Assembly: GCA_951406725.2 (NCBI GenBank)
Contig: OX597827.1
Span: 16,926,001-16,990,000, forward strand
Length of the DNA: 64,000 nt
From: Octopus vulgaris
Taxonomy: Eukaryota
Direction of reading: 5' to 3'
A program made the translations under genes and the position numbers. Shown in pieces: positions 1 through 14,347 of this stretch (its first letter is position 1; the number at the start of each line of letters is the position of its first letter). Below the pieces are notes generated by a model. That model was not told the DNA's origin, searched no databases, and saw nothing but the letters and a program-made list of their open reading frames with translations.

Positions 1-187
1 ACTACTCTAAAATGGATAAAATGGTGAGTGAATGTGCATGACTTTACTGCTAATCTTTATAAATTTAGGAACACGGGGCGAGTGCTCCCATCAGGATATA
101 CTGGAATTTGAATGCCGCCACCAAAGAGCGTATCATGAAGGCAAAATGAGAGACTATATCGTACGTGAAACCGATTTACAAACATCT

Positions 188-402
188 AAGGCAGTGAGTT
201 GGCAGAATTGTTAGCACACCGGGCAAAATGCTGAGCAGCATTTTGTCTGTTCTTATGTTCTGAGTTCAAATTCTGCCGAAGTCGACTTTGCCTTTCATCC
301 CTTTCGGGGTCGATAAGATAAGTATCAGTTGGATACTGAGATCGATATTATCGACTTACCCCCCTCCCCCCAAATTGCTGGCCTCGTTCCAAAATTTGAA
401 AA
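188..402 (+). mobile_element. SINE family A, monomer (diverged)
   Basis: tRNA-like head (GGCAGTGAGTTGGCAGAATTGTTAGC...GAGTTCAAATTC), central GTCGACTTTGCCTTTCATCCCTTTCGGGGTCGATAA domain and C-rich tail; matches many other copies in the window. Confidence 0.85.
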
Positions 403-581
403 CAATATAGTCACAAACATACACTTCTAAACTTTATACTTATTTTTGTGTAACATAAGTACACAGACAAATATTTATGATTTTTTTTTTCTGACATTGT
501 GTGAATGAAAAATTGTATGTTCCTCAGTTTTTCCTCGGGAAAAAATAAGTTTTAAAATATTATTCATGTCACAGAAGTAAA

Positions 582-1164
582 CTTTTATACTCTAGGCACA
601 AGGTCCGAAATTTTGGAAGAAGGGGGTCAGTCGATTAGATCGACCACAGAATTTCACTGGTACTTAATTTATCGATCTCGAAAGGATGAAAGGCAAAGTT
701 GACCTCGGTGGAATTTGAACTCAGAACATAAAGATGGATGAAATACCTATTTCTTTACTACCCACAGGGTGTTAAACACGGAGAGAACAAACAAGGACAA
801 ACAAACGGATTAAGTCGATTATATCGAACCCAGTACGTAACTGGTACTTATTTAATCGAGCTCGAAAGGATTAAAGGCAAAATTGACCTCGGCTGAATTT
901 GAACTCAGAACGTAACGGCAGACGAAATACCTATTTCTTTTCTACTCACAAGGGGCTGAACACAGAGAGGACAAAAAAGGACAGACAGACAGATTAAGTC
1001 GATTATATCGACCCCAGTGCGTAACTGGTACTTAATTTATCGAACCCGAAAGGATGAAAGGCAAAGTCGACCTCGGCGGAATTTGAACTCAGAACGTAGC
1101 GGCAGACGAAATACGGCTACGCATTTCGCCCGGCGTGCTGACGTTTCTGCCAGCTCACCACCTT
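582..1164 (-). mobile_element. SINE family A, three-body concatemer (184-bp internal unit)
   Basis: 16-bp TSD ATGTCACAGAAGTAAA at 566-581 and 1165-1180; unit junction GAAATACCTATTTC at 740 and 924. Confidence 0.92.
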
Positions 1165-2547
1165 ATGTCACAGAAGTAAAGTTCGAAAGAAATAATAGCC
1201 ATTTTATATATTTTTCAACAGAATCAATTAGGGAATAGCACTTATTTCTCGAGAATAAAAAGTGTGTTACGCAGTCTTATTATAAACTAGAAATTATTAT
1301 AGAATGAACTGGAATTAAATCTTAACATTTGAGTTTTATTTCATTTAGTTCCATATTAGAAATAAATATTCTTTGATTCAGTGACTGTTGTTAAAACTGC
1401 CGCAGCTGTATAAATTGCAAACATATAGTTAACATATAAGAGTTTGGCTTTCAGCTAAAACAATTCCGTGGTTTAAACTTTAGCTTCATTCTTGCCAATC
1501 ACTTGAAACCATAGACCAGCAGAAGTTGTTTGAAGGAATAGTATTGCATATCGCCAAAACATCACATTTATTTTGTTAAGAATTTCCAAGAAAGATGGAA
1601 ACACATATATGATTGAAATAACTTCGAAGCATTTATAAGAACCATAATAAATAGCGACTTTAACTCAAACCAAGTCACTTTCATGGAACCGCCATCCCCT
1701 GTTTATTTTCTCAAAGAATTCTGAGAAAGACGGAAACAAACAGATTATTGAAATAGCTGTGTAACATTCATAAGAAATATCGAAATAAATAAATATTAAA
1801 ACAATTTAGATGGAAAGTTATTGGAATATGAAAAGGAAACGAAAACATTAAGTGAAATATATTTTAATTATTTATAAGAAAACTCGAAATAAATAATGGA
1901 GTAATTTTATGAAAGGAAAAACGCAAAAATTATTGAAATAACTTTGGAACATCGAAAACGATAAAAAAGTGGAATGGGAGAAAAGCTTTGATTTCTCTCT
2001 TTAAATTGATAATTGCTCTAATCCAAAGATAAAATTATAATTGCTTTAAAATGCAAACAACGAAAGACGAAGTGGCGGGTAGAAGTGACAAAGAGAATAT
2101 AGACGCGAATGAAGGAGATAGAAAGAAATAGAAGGCGGGTACACAGCGAATGAATTGTACTGCATAATGTTGGCTGGTGTGAGGCTTTCAGAAGAAGATG
2201 GTGTTTTCCTATTAAAATATATTAAAACTGGAATTTTAGAGATTTTACTATCATTTTTATATTGATCCAAATGGTTGTTTAAAGTTTTGAATACATTTAT
2301 GGACATATTTGCATTAGAATATCATTATAATAACGATTCATTATAACTAAATTGAAAGAGATGCATCTGTTGAATATTATCTTTGTTTAGTTGTTGCTTC
2401 GCATCTCTCCACCCATGCCATGCTGACTGAGCGGGATTATGATAAAAAGTACTTCTAGAAATGACCATCCTATTTGCTTTTGTATATCTTGAACCGCGTT
2501 ACCCAATGTGTTCTTCGTTTGATACGATGTAGAAAATTTTGCTGCTA

Positions 2548-3153
2548 TTTCTTATTTCTTTACTGCCCACAGGGAGCTAAACATAGAGGGAACAAACAAG
2601 GACAGACAAAGAGATTAAGTCGATTACATCCACCCCATTGCGTAACTGGTACTTATTTAATCGACCCCGAAAGGATTAAAGGCAAAGTCAACCTCGGCAG
2701 AATTTGAACTCAGAACGTAGCGGCAGACGAAATACCTATTTCTTTACTACCCACAAGGGGATAAATACAGAGAGTGCAAACAAGCAGAGAGAAACGGATT
2801 AAGTCGATTATATCGACCCCAGTGCGTAAGTGGTACTTATTTAATCGACCCCGAAAGGATTAAAGGGAAAGTCGACCTCGGCGGAATTTGAACTCAGAAT
2901 GTAGCGGCAGACGAAATACCTATTTCTTTACTACCCACATGGGGCTAAACACAGAGAGTACAAACAAGGACAGAAAAACGGATTAAGTCCATTACATCGA
3001 CCCCAGTGCGTAACTGGTACTTATTTAATCGACCCCGAAAGGTTGAAAGGCAAAGTCGACCTCGGCGGAATTTGAACTCAGAACGTAGCGGCAGACGAAA
3101 TACGGCTACGCATTTCGCCCGGCGTGCTAACTTTTCTGCCAGCTCGCCGCCTT
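2548..3153 (-). mobile_element. SINE family A, three 184-bp units plus head
   Basis: GAAATAC recurs at 2729, 2913 and 3097 (184-bp period); ends in CTGCCAGCTCGCCGCC, the reverse complement of the head. Confidence 0.92.
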
Positions 3154-3174
3154 GAAAAAGTTAAAATATTAACA

Positions 3175-4260
3175 TTGGCTACAAAGTTTGGCACAAGTCC
3201 AAGGTTGCAGTTAGTCGATTATATTGTATCCACAGTACTTGACTAGTACTTATTTCATTTATCTCGGAAGAATGAAAGGAAAACTCAACCTCAGGGGAAT
3301 TTAAACTGAGAACACAAAGAGCTGGAAAGAATGCCACTAAAGACTTTTGTCCGGTGCAGAAAAGAACCATTTAGATCGACGCCTTATAAAACGTAAATAT
3401 AGGCTTCTAACTTTAGCAGAAGGCCAGAAATTTGGGGGGAGGGGTAAGTCGATTACATCGGCCTCAGTAATCGACTGGTACTTATTTTATCTACCCCGAA
3501 AGGATGAAAGACAAAGTCGAACTCGGTGGAAGTTGAACTCAGAACGTAAAGTCGGGCGAAATGCCACAATGCATTCTGGCTGGGGTGCTAACGATTCTGC
3601 CAGCTCGCCGTCTTCAAAGATAACTCTGTATACATCTCAGAAACACAGAAGTGCATATGTTAATGCAAAGAATTGTTGGTAACATGATAACATTAATCAA
3701 ATAATTGAAACCGATTTCAACTCATAACGTAAAGAGCCGGAAGATATGACGCTAAAGAATTTTGTCCGGCCCACAAACGAGTCAGCCAGCTCGACACCAT
3801 ATGAAACCTAAATATTGGTTTCAAATTTTGGCACAATGCCAGTAATTTCGAGGAAAGGGATAAGTCGATTACATCGACTTTCTGTGCTCAAATGGTGCTT
3901 ATTTTATCGACCCCGAAAGGATGAAAAGCAAAGTCGATCTCTGCAGCATTTCATCTCCGAGTATAAAGTCTAAAGAAATGCTTCTAAACATTTTGTCCGA
4001 AAGTGGTAAAGATTCTTCCAGCTCACCGCTTTATAAAAGCTAAATATTGGTTTCAAATTTTGGCACAATGCCAGCAGTTTCCAAGGAGGGGCAAAGTCGA
4101 TTAAATCGACCCCAGTTTTCAACTGGTGCTTATTTTAGCGAACCCGAAAGGATGACAGGCAAAGCCGACATCAACATTATTTGAATTCAGAAAGTAAAGG
4201 ACAAAGTGCCGCTAAATATTTTGTCTGACATGGAAACGATTCTGCCCTATCACTGCCTTA
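3175..4260 (-). mobile_element. Head-to-tail cluster of about 5 older SINE A copies
   Basis: Repeated diverged GGCACAA...GTCGATT...CCCCGAAAGGATGAAAG...CCAGCTC blocks at about 3175-3385, 3400-3615, 3710-3800, 3815-4035 and 4045-4260. Confidence 0.8.
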
Positions 4261-4560
4261 TAAAATCTTAATATTAATGGGTAACATCATTTACAAGAAT
4301 GTGAGGTGTTAAATTACTAAATAAATAAATAAATAATTAAATAAATGTGCCTGAGAGCGGAGTTTAATAAATATAGTCATCACCTGTGTTTTATAGCAGA
4401 AAGAGGTGGAATAAATTTTGAAATGGCAGCTGTTTGTATGGGTGAGCACGCGCACATGTCTACTTGATGACTGGTGCATGTGTTTATAAAACACAAATTT
4501 GTATATGCAACTCTGCATATTTTATATGTGCGTATGAGTCTGTGTATATGATAGATAAGT

Positions 4561-5165
<605 letters not shown>

Positions 5166-5729
5166 CTATTATGTGCATGTATGTATTTATGTATACCATA
5201 TATATCTACGTACGACGTATGTACGTATTCGAGTATATTACGTACAAATGTTTGTGATTCTGTGCGTGTTCGTGTGTGTGTGTGATTATAGGAAGGACAG
5301 ATGGCACTCAGGTTCTGTTCTGACAATGAACATATAAATGAACAATTGTCTATAAAAATCAAAAGAGCAAAAGCACAAAAACAAGAATGCCAGTCAAAAA
5401 AAAAAAACAAACAAAAAAAACTCAAAGGAAACAGACAATGTGAACAATATTACATGAAAAATCACTAGAGCAATAGTAATACTGGAAATAACAAGAAAGA
5501 GATTAGCAGTAAAAACGGTATAAACAGAATATTAACCACAGCAAAATTGCTACCTTTGCATCATTGTGGAAAGCTTTTATTTATTTGTAATGAGATGTGT
5601 ACAATGCTACCATTAATATATATCTATATAACTATCAATATCTGATATATAGGTATGCATTTATACTTATACGTGCATGACTATATGTAAATAGATGCAA
5701 ATACATACTGACATATGTATGTATATATA

Positions 5730-5944
5730 CTCTTTACTCTTTTACTCTTTTACTTGTTTCAGTCATTTGACTGCGGCCATGCTGGAGCACCGCTTTTAGT
5801 CGAGCAAATCGACCCTGGGACTTATTCTTTTGTATGCCCATTACTTGTTCTATCGGTCTCTTCTGCCGAGCCGCTAAGTGACGGGGACATAAACACACCA
5901 GCATCGGTTGTCAAGCAATGCTAGGAGGACAAACACAGACACAA

Positions 5945-5988
<44 letters not shown>

Positions 5989-6160
5989 ACATATTTACGA
6001 CTGGCTTCTTTCAGTTTACGTCTACCAAATCCTCTCACAAGGCATTGGTCGGCCCGGGGCTATAGCAGAAGACACTTGCCCAAGATGCCACGCAGTGGGA
6101 CTGAACACGGAACCATGTGGTTGGTTAGCAAGCTACTTACCACACAGCCACTCCTGCGCC
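5730..6160 (-). mobile_element. SINE family B
   Basis: Head GGCGCAGGAGTGGCTGTGTGGTAAG, CTTGGGCAAGTGTCTTC block, internal TA/TG microsatellite, tail GCGGTGCTCCAGCATGGCCGCAG...GTAAAAGAG. Confidence 0.92.
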
Positions 6161-6208
6161 TATGTATATACATGTATATACATATGCATATATACATATG
6201 TATACACA

Positions 6209-6388
6209 TAGTGAATCCAAACAAAGAAGAACAAACAAGAACGCGAGGACGTAAAGTATTATCAGACGCTCAAGAAAGGAAAGAAAGAGGATTTAACGTT
6301 TCGAGCAAAAGCTCTTCTTCAGAGATAGAGGAAAGTCCAAAAGAAGGGAAGACGGAGGAAGAAAATCGCCAACGATTCGCACGTGGCT
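6209..6388 (-). mobile_element. ~180-nt hammerhead-bearing element (family D)
   Basis: Near-identical to 23362-23550 and 35975-36183; minus strand CTGAAGA-A-GAGC-TTTT-GCTC-GAAAC-GTT at about 6292-6325. Confidence 0.8.
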
Positions 6389-6492
6389 ACATACACACAA
6401 ACGCACATACATACACACATACATACATTCACACACACATGTATATATATGTGTACATACACGCACACACACACAAACACACACACACACAT

Positions 6493-6523
<31 letters not shown>

Positions 6524-6928
6524 CACGTTATATATTTATATGTATTCTGATATAGATAGATATTAACCCTTTCTATAGCTTTATCTCCTTCGGAATTCAC
6601 CGTAGAAAAAATAACAAATATACTTACACATGCATGCGTGTGTGTGTGCTTATGTGTGTATGTGTTTGTGTGTGTATGTGTGCGTCTGAGTATGTGTATG
6701 TAAATATTTGTAAAACTCTCATGATTGTTATTCCGAATAACTGCTGAAGTGGACATATTCTTCACAGAAGACACTAAGGAACGTAAAGCTGAATTATCCT
6801 GTTATGATATAAGAGGCAAATTTCACAGGAAACTCTTGTGCAAACCCTTGATGCAGTTAACCAAGCAAGACTGACCACTGAATGCGTTTAAGATATCTGC
6901 TGGGGCTTCTGAAACTCCATTACACTCC

Positions 6929-7013
<85 letters not shown>

Positions 7014-7092
7014 AGTTGAGTTGTGGGGTATCGCACGAGTGGAATTATATACGAAAGAAGGTTTGAAAATGCAATTTAAAAGATGTTTATTT

Positions 7093-7133
7093 ACTTAACC
7101 GGTTTCACTCTTTGGTAAAAGATTGTCAAAAGT
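7093..7133 (-). ncRNA. Minimal hammerhead ribozyme, U3-A8 variant
   Basis: actt-TTGACAA-TCTTT tacc AAAGA-gt-GAAAC-CG-GTT-aagt; stem I actt/aagt. Confidence 0.65.
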
Positions 7134-7744
7134 AACATTGAATATTATGGATTCAAAAAAGTTTTTTACATAATTGCCACATTGAATATTATGAATTCAA
7201 AAAGTTTTTTTTACATAATTGTCGCATTACATGTATAAATATAGTGTTTGGTAACAGAGATATATTAAGGGCATAAAGAAGTTCAATAGTGTGATGAGAA
7301 TATTTGGAAAAATTGGCAGAAAGGAATAAAACAAATATATTATTGGAAATTTGGTTGCGTTAATTATTGGTTGTCGCAAATTGTCACATTACATGTATAT
7401 ATATATATATATACAGTCTTTGGTAGAAAGGACATGTTAAAGACATAAGGAAGTGCAACAGTATGGTGAGAAAATTTGTAATATTGACAGAAAAAATTAA
7501 AATGGATATTTTATACATCTCAGAATATTTTGAATTGAAGGCGAGACTTTTTTTTTACTGACCTGTTCGCTTTAGCAGAAATGTTGAATTGAGAGAAAAA
7601 AATGTGTACCCAGTTTTGTTTTGTTTATGGTCCCCCTTCAAGCATCAATGATTTTGGGGTTATCGGGAGGTGAGTATGCGAGTGTGAATAGATGTGTCCG
7701 TGTGCCTGCAGTATCTGGTCAGACGGCGTCTGTTTGTCACACAC

Positions 7745-7777
<33 letters not shown>

Positions 7778-8837
7778 TAATATACAAACACACAACACAT
7801 ACACACAACACACACACACACAGAACACACACATACACAACGCACCCACATATATAATATACACACACAGCACACAAATATAACATCTATTTATATATAA
7901 TACACACACATATATAACACACATACACACACAACACACACACACACAACACACGCACACATACATACATAATATAAATATAACACAAATACACCTAGCA
8001 TATATATACATACAATACACATACACAGCATGTGTGTGTGTGTGTGTGTGTTGTGTGTGTATGTGTGTTATATATCTGTGTGTATTATATATAAATAGAT
8101 GTTATATTTGTGTGCTGTGTGTGTATATTATATATGTGGGTGTGTTGTGTATGTGTGTGTTCTGTGTGTGTGTGTGTTGTGTGTATGTGTTGTGTGTTTG
8201 TATATTATGTGTGTGTCTGTGTGTGTATATATATATATGTGTGTGACAAACAGACGCCGTCTGACCAGATACTGCAGGCACACGGACACATCTATTCACA
8301 CTCGCATACTCACCTCCCGATAACCCCAAAATCATTGATGCTTGAAGGGGGACCATAAACAAAACAAAACTGGGTACACATTTTTTTCTCTCAATTCAAC
8401 ATTTCTGCTAAAGCGAACAGGTCAGTAAAAAGTCTCGCCTTCAATTCAAAATATTCTGAGATGTATAAAATATCCATTTTAATTTTTTCTGTCAATATTA
8501 CAAATTTTCTCACCATACTATTGCACTTCCTTATGTCTTTAACATGTCCTTTCTACCAAAGACTGTATATATATACATGTAATGTGACAATTTGCGACAA
8601 CCAATAATTAACGCAACCAAATTTCCAATAATATATTTGTTTTATTCCTTTCTGCCAATTTTTCCAAATATTCTCATCACACTATTGAACTTCTTTATGC
8701 CCTTAACATATCTCTGTTACCAAACACTATATTTATACATGTAATGTGACAATTATGTAAAAAAACCTTTTTGAATTCATAATATTCAATGTGGCAATTA
8801 TGTAAAAAACTTTTTTGAATCCATAATATTCAATGTT

Positions 8838-8878
8838 ACTTTTGACAATCTTTTACCAAAGAGTGAAACCGGTTAAGT
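8838..8878 (+). ncRNA. Minimal hammerhead ribozyme, U3-A8 variant (mirror copy)
   Basis: Same motif as 7093-7133, in the right arm of the palindrome. Confidence 0.65.
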
Positions 8879-9191
8879 AAATAAACATCTTTTAAATTGC
8901 ATTTTCAAACCTTCTTTCGTATATAATTCCACTCGTGCGATACCCCACCACTCAACTTTTATATATATATATATATAACTATACTACAAACAAAGTAAGT
9001 TAGATATTATGAAATAATAAATTAAATGTTATATATTAGATGATCGCCGTTTATTAATTAGTTATTGGCCAAATGGTCAAACTCAATTTCGCACCATGAA
9101 CGATTATATTGGCCCCCTCTGATGAGGATTTGGCGAAATTGTTTTTCCTTTTAGTTTGTTTGTGTTTTCTTATACGTTTTAAAACTTTATA

Positions 9192-9225
<34 letters not shown>

Positions 9226-9562
9226 CATATATATATATACATATATATATACACATACATATATGTATATATATACATACATGTATATATATATACATAT
9301 ATATACATATATATATATACATACAGGCATATTATATTGACACTATAGCCTCTTACAGTGATGTTACTCAACACACGTATACACATCATGAATTATACAC
9401 GCACTAAATGCACGTATACACGCACATAATACTTACACCAGCTACTTCCACACAGTTACCTATGCATACACAGACACTTTCTGCCCAATTCGCAACTACA
9501 GTATCAGTGTGTATATAGTCGGTATACATATACATACATACATACATACATACATACATACA

Positions 9563-9598
<36 letters not shown>

Positions 9599-9609
9599 TA
9601 TATATAATA

Positions 9610-10019
9610 ATATCAAAGGGAAATGGAATTTGATTAAAATTAAAATTTACATTTCCAGTGGTCTAACGTGTGGATATGTTTAACCCTAGGTTGGACCTGC
9701 TGAGGAAAATCAGACCTTGTGAGTTCACCTTAACTCGCTAAAAGAAGATTAGAAATCAATTGGTTCAGGAAACTAGATGGTAAATGTTTTTCATTTCCAA
9801 ATTTATTGCTGTCGAATTTTATCCCTAATTTTTGTGGTTATAGAACCTAGCTGTTCTTTCTAGCGTGTAGAATCTCTATAAGTGGATTCCTTATGTGTTT
9901 AAATATACAATATATCGTATATATATACAGCAGGTCCAACTTAGGGTTAAACATATCCACACGTTAGACCACTGGAGATGTAAATTTTAATTTTAATTAA
10001 ATTCCGTTTTCCTTTGATA

Positions 10020-10020
<1 letters not shown>
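9610..10020. mobile_element. Element with ~93-bp inverted termini inserted in (TA)n
   Basis: 9610-9702 is the reverse complement of 9928-10020. Confidence 0.75.
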
Positions 10021-10108
<88 letters not shown>

Positions 10109-10708
10109 TGTATATATGTATAAGCATATGCTATTCTCATATGTTTCTATGTGCATGCATATATATATATATATATATATGGAAGCTTGTATGTATACAT
10201 GTATACCATAATATAGAAAAAAGGTAATTGATAAACACGTAGGACAGAAAGAGATCTAGACGTGTAAATAGAAAAATAAATAAAACTGATGAATATATGG
10301 ATAAACATACAGTGGAGAGGTGAGGAGATATATATATATAGAGAGAGACATAAAACAAGACATATGGATTTGATAAAAGCACCAATAGATAAACAGACAA
10401 ATAGAGCAATGAGTTAGAAAGTAAAAGAGAGAGAGAGAGAGACAGAATAAGAGACATCACTGAGGTGACTATACTCTCCGGCTTCCATGTTATGACATAT
10501 GTTTAAATCTTTTCTCACCAAAGTATCCTTCCCATTTAATTACAATAGTTGCTCTCCTATATCTAGATTGTGTATGTATATAAATACACATTGATTCCTA
10601 TAACAATCTATGTATGAACACATTTCATATACATCAAATATATATATATACATATACATACATACATTCATACATATATATATGTATATATATATATATG
10701 TATTTACA

Positions 10709-10802
<94 letters not shown>

Positions 10803-11094
10803 CACGTGTAGTTTTGTTGCCTGAGGATCGGCAGCGTGAAACTAGTAGTTATAAGTTCCAAAGTTCTAAAGTTTTAGCTTCCCAAAAATTACGGCACAAA
10901 ACAAAACAAAAAATAACTAGTCGATACAAAAAAAAAAGAAGACAGCAAAAACTAAAAAAAAAAACAACAACTTGTAATGACTGTTTATTTCGTAATTGAG
11001 TAATTGAGTACTTTTCCTTGATTCATGAATGTAAATATGTTTGTGAGTGTACATCTCTTCCTACCATTACACACACATACACATATACACACAC

Positions 11095-11141
<47 letters not shown>

Positions 11142-11373
11142 CACAATATTTGTTTAAGTATCACAGTATCTAATCTATATAAATTGTACATGGATACGTA
11201 TAAGCAGTTTGATATATTTTATGTATATATCTATATATACATATATATATATGTATTTATATACATTCATATATTATATATGACATATATAATATATATA
11301 ATATATATATATTTATATACATTCATATATTATATATGATATATATAATATATAATATATGTATATATATATA

Positions 11374-11404
<31 letters not shown>

Positions 11405-11754
11405 GTATATGTGCACCCATATGAATGTGTGTGTATATATACATGTACTTCCCCTCCTACACACACAAATATGTTTTACTTCCAAGAATTTCGACCGATC
11501 TGAAGCTGCAGCAACTGAGAGCCAACGAGAACACATTCGCCATTTGCCTTACTTCGATAGGAAGATCCGCTTCGATGTGATGCGATGCTATATAAAGAAC
11601 TTGTATATTTACAAATGAGAGAGCGATACACTTGGTGCATGTGGTACAGTGTTCGAAACTCCGGGTTACACTGGGTTTCCTGTTTCCGTTTCTTTCAGCG
11701 AATATACATGTTTTTATATGTGCATGAGGATAGCATATGCTTATACATATATAC

Positions 11755-11817
<63 letters not shown>

Positions 11818-11818
11818 C

Positions 11819-11884
<66 letters not shown>

Positions 11885-12120
11885 ACACATAGGCGAATGT
11901 ATAGCCACATATATCTATAAGCATGCGTGTTTATAATTTTACTACATTCCTGAGACTGGATTCTTTGATAGGACACCGAGCAGGTAGCAATGTTGTAAAA
12001 GAAATTTAAGAGAAAATAAATATATACGTTTGCTTGTGTGTATATTTGCGCAAGTACACCAGAAAGAATGTGTATATGAATGAATCTATACAATATAATA
12101 TATGTTCACATGAGCATTAC

Positions 12121-12218
<98 letters not shown>

Positions 12219-12390
12219 TATATATATATATATATACACATATATACATATATATATATGCATATATAGATAAGCATACATATAAGTATGAGTATATATA
12301 TGTACGTACACACACGCACATATATATATATATGCATATATATATATATATGTACGTACACACACACACATATATATATATATATGTGTG

Positions 12391-12429
<39 letters not shown>

Positions 12430-12723
12430 GTACAACTTACACATATACACTCACATGCACACATTTATATATACGGGTGCATATACATGTGTATGTGTAT
12501 GTGCGTCTGTGTGAGTATGTGTGTGACTGTGTGTGTACGCGTTCGTATTGTAAATCTTAAAGATGTAACATTCATGACCGTCGACTTTGGATTTACAAGT
12601 GCAACACTCTTCCTGCCGGCTCCCGGTATATTTCCTTTCCTAAAAAAGATCAATTCCAGTACACAATAAAAAAAAAATAAAATGAAAAGTTTATATGGAA
12701 ACATAAATAATCACCACATTTAC

Positions 12724-12792
12724 CTCATACAGATTTCCAAAGAACAACTTGAACATTAATGATGGAGCCGATATTACGTATACAACGTAATG
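12724..12792 (-). CDS. Candidate exon (HYVVYVISAPSLMFKLFFGNLYE), unidentified
   Basis: ctttttag acceptor, gag|gtaaat donor, then an 84-nt pyrimidine-rich intron to an in-frame acceptor at 12640. Confidence 0.25.
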
Positions 12793-13020
12793 CTAAAAAG
12801 CAATACATAGCATCCATTGATCTCAAATAATGTAGACTCATTTATAGCTGAAAGAAAATGGCCGGCGCTAAACTCCGAAATATGACAGCAATTAACAGCA
12901 GTAAAGTAAGAACCAATCCTGTCATACCTACCTCGTATGAAATGCCAGCAATCTACAGCAGCAACCGCTTTAATCAGAAAATGCCATATGTATGTGTATA
13001 TGTATACGAATATGCATATG

Positions 13021-13093
<73 letters not shown>

Positions 13094-13276
13094 GTATATA
13101 TATATATAAAATATATATATATGTATAATTGTGTGTGTCTGTTCGTCTGTCTGTCTCTTTCTCTGTCTATCTATCTATTTCTTTACCTTTCTGACTGCCT
13201 GTCTGTTTGTGTACCTACCTATATGCATATATGTGTACATACACATGTATGTAAATATATATATATATAGAATATA

Positions 13277-13329
<53 letters not shown>

Positions 13330-13332
13330 TAT

Positions 13333-13388
<56 letters not shown>

Positions 13389-13431
13389 GGAAAAACCTGA
13401 AAATGCAGGAGTCTTTTTAAAGTATTTATTA

Positions 13432-13471
13432 ACTTAACCGGTTTCACTTATTTAAAAAGATTTTCAAAAGT
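13432..13471 (-). ncRNA. Minimal hammerhead, U3-A8 variant, at the end of a ~0.9-kb Penelope-like remnant (about 13390-14335)
   Basis: actt-TTGAAAA-tcttt...-gt-GAAAC-CG-GTT-aagt; homologous to 7093-7133. Confidence 0.55.
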
Positions 13472-14347
13472 AAGGTGTGAGGTTTTGTGTATCCTCTGTG
13501 ATATCAAAAATTAGTTAGCAAAAATGTATTCAAATCAAATGATAGAGTCTTTGACAATGATACAAAAATGTTTTGAGGTGTCTTCTGTGATGAGTCAAAA
13601 GCTAGTTTACATAAAAACATTCAGAGCAGGTAATAATTTTTTTTTATAATGGTAAGAAGTTAACTTGAATATAACCCGATCAAGTAATAGAGTCTTTGGC
13701 AATATGTAACTGGGTCTTGCATCTGGCTGGAGTTCGACAGTTATAAAACGAGTTGCAATTTTTCGGAATAGAATCTTCCTATTATCCCAAAAATAATAAT
13801 TGTTAATGATATATGCCTTAAATGGCATTGTCATCTTGTATTCGTTTTCAGGTGTATAAAATAATGTGGGTGGCTGATGGTCACCAGTCACAATGTAGTT
13901 GATGACTGATAAGAAGGTTTTGAGTGCATTTATGTGTCTCGCATCTGGCAGGAGTCTGGCATTTATAAACTGAGTTGCAATTCTTCCATATAAATTTTTG
14001 TATCTAAAAATAAATGTTGATATTAACATTTATAAAGACTTCCTTTTTATCTAAATATATCTATATATGCCCCTACTCCACCCCACCCATTTAAGGTAAG
14101 ATATTATTATTGTTTACTGATATTTTTTCCTATCTTGTCTGTAATAGATTTGTGACTATTCGGTGGTACAGAAGTATTTTTTGACTTCTATCATTAGCGA
14201 TATAGGTACTCATGTAGTACCCTTGTGTATAAATCTCCATATCTAATATTGTATGTATATATTTTATTAATTTGCCTGTACGGCTGATAATTCGCTTACC
14301 ACTTGTGATGGTATTTAAATAATACCATCCCTATATTTATATATATA

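Larger units (their letters stand above)
7008..8962. repeat. ~2-kb fold-back inverted duplication (arms of about 940 bp), Penelope-like
   Basis: 7008-7947 is the reverse complement of 8034-8962 with scattered SNPs and indels; (TA)n on both flanks; a hammerhead near each outer end. Confidence 0.93.

Noticed and set aside
582-4260. Regularly spaced repeats resembling a CRISPR array
   Set aside because: The units are 184-bp SINE bodies without unique spacers; the context is eukaryotic and there are no cas genes
9117-9142. CTGATGA...CGAAA hammerhead-like string
   Set aside because: No convincing stem II, stem I or cleavage triplet
10108-11760. Inverted match TATAAGCATATGCTAT(T/C)CTCAT about 1.6 kb apart
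   Set aside because: Only about 22 unique bases within low-complexity DNA; not enough to define an element
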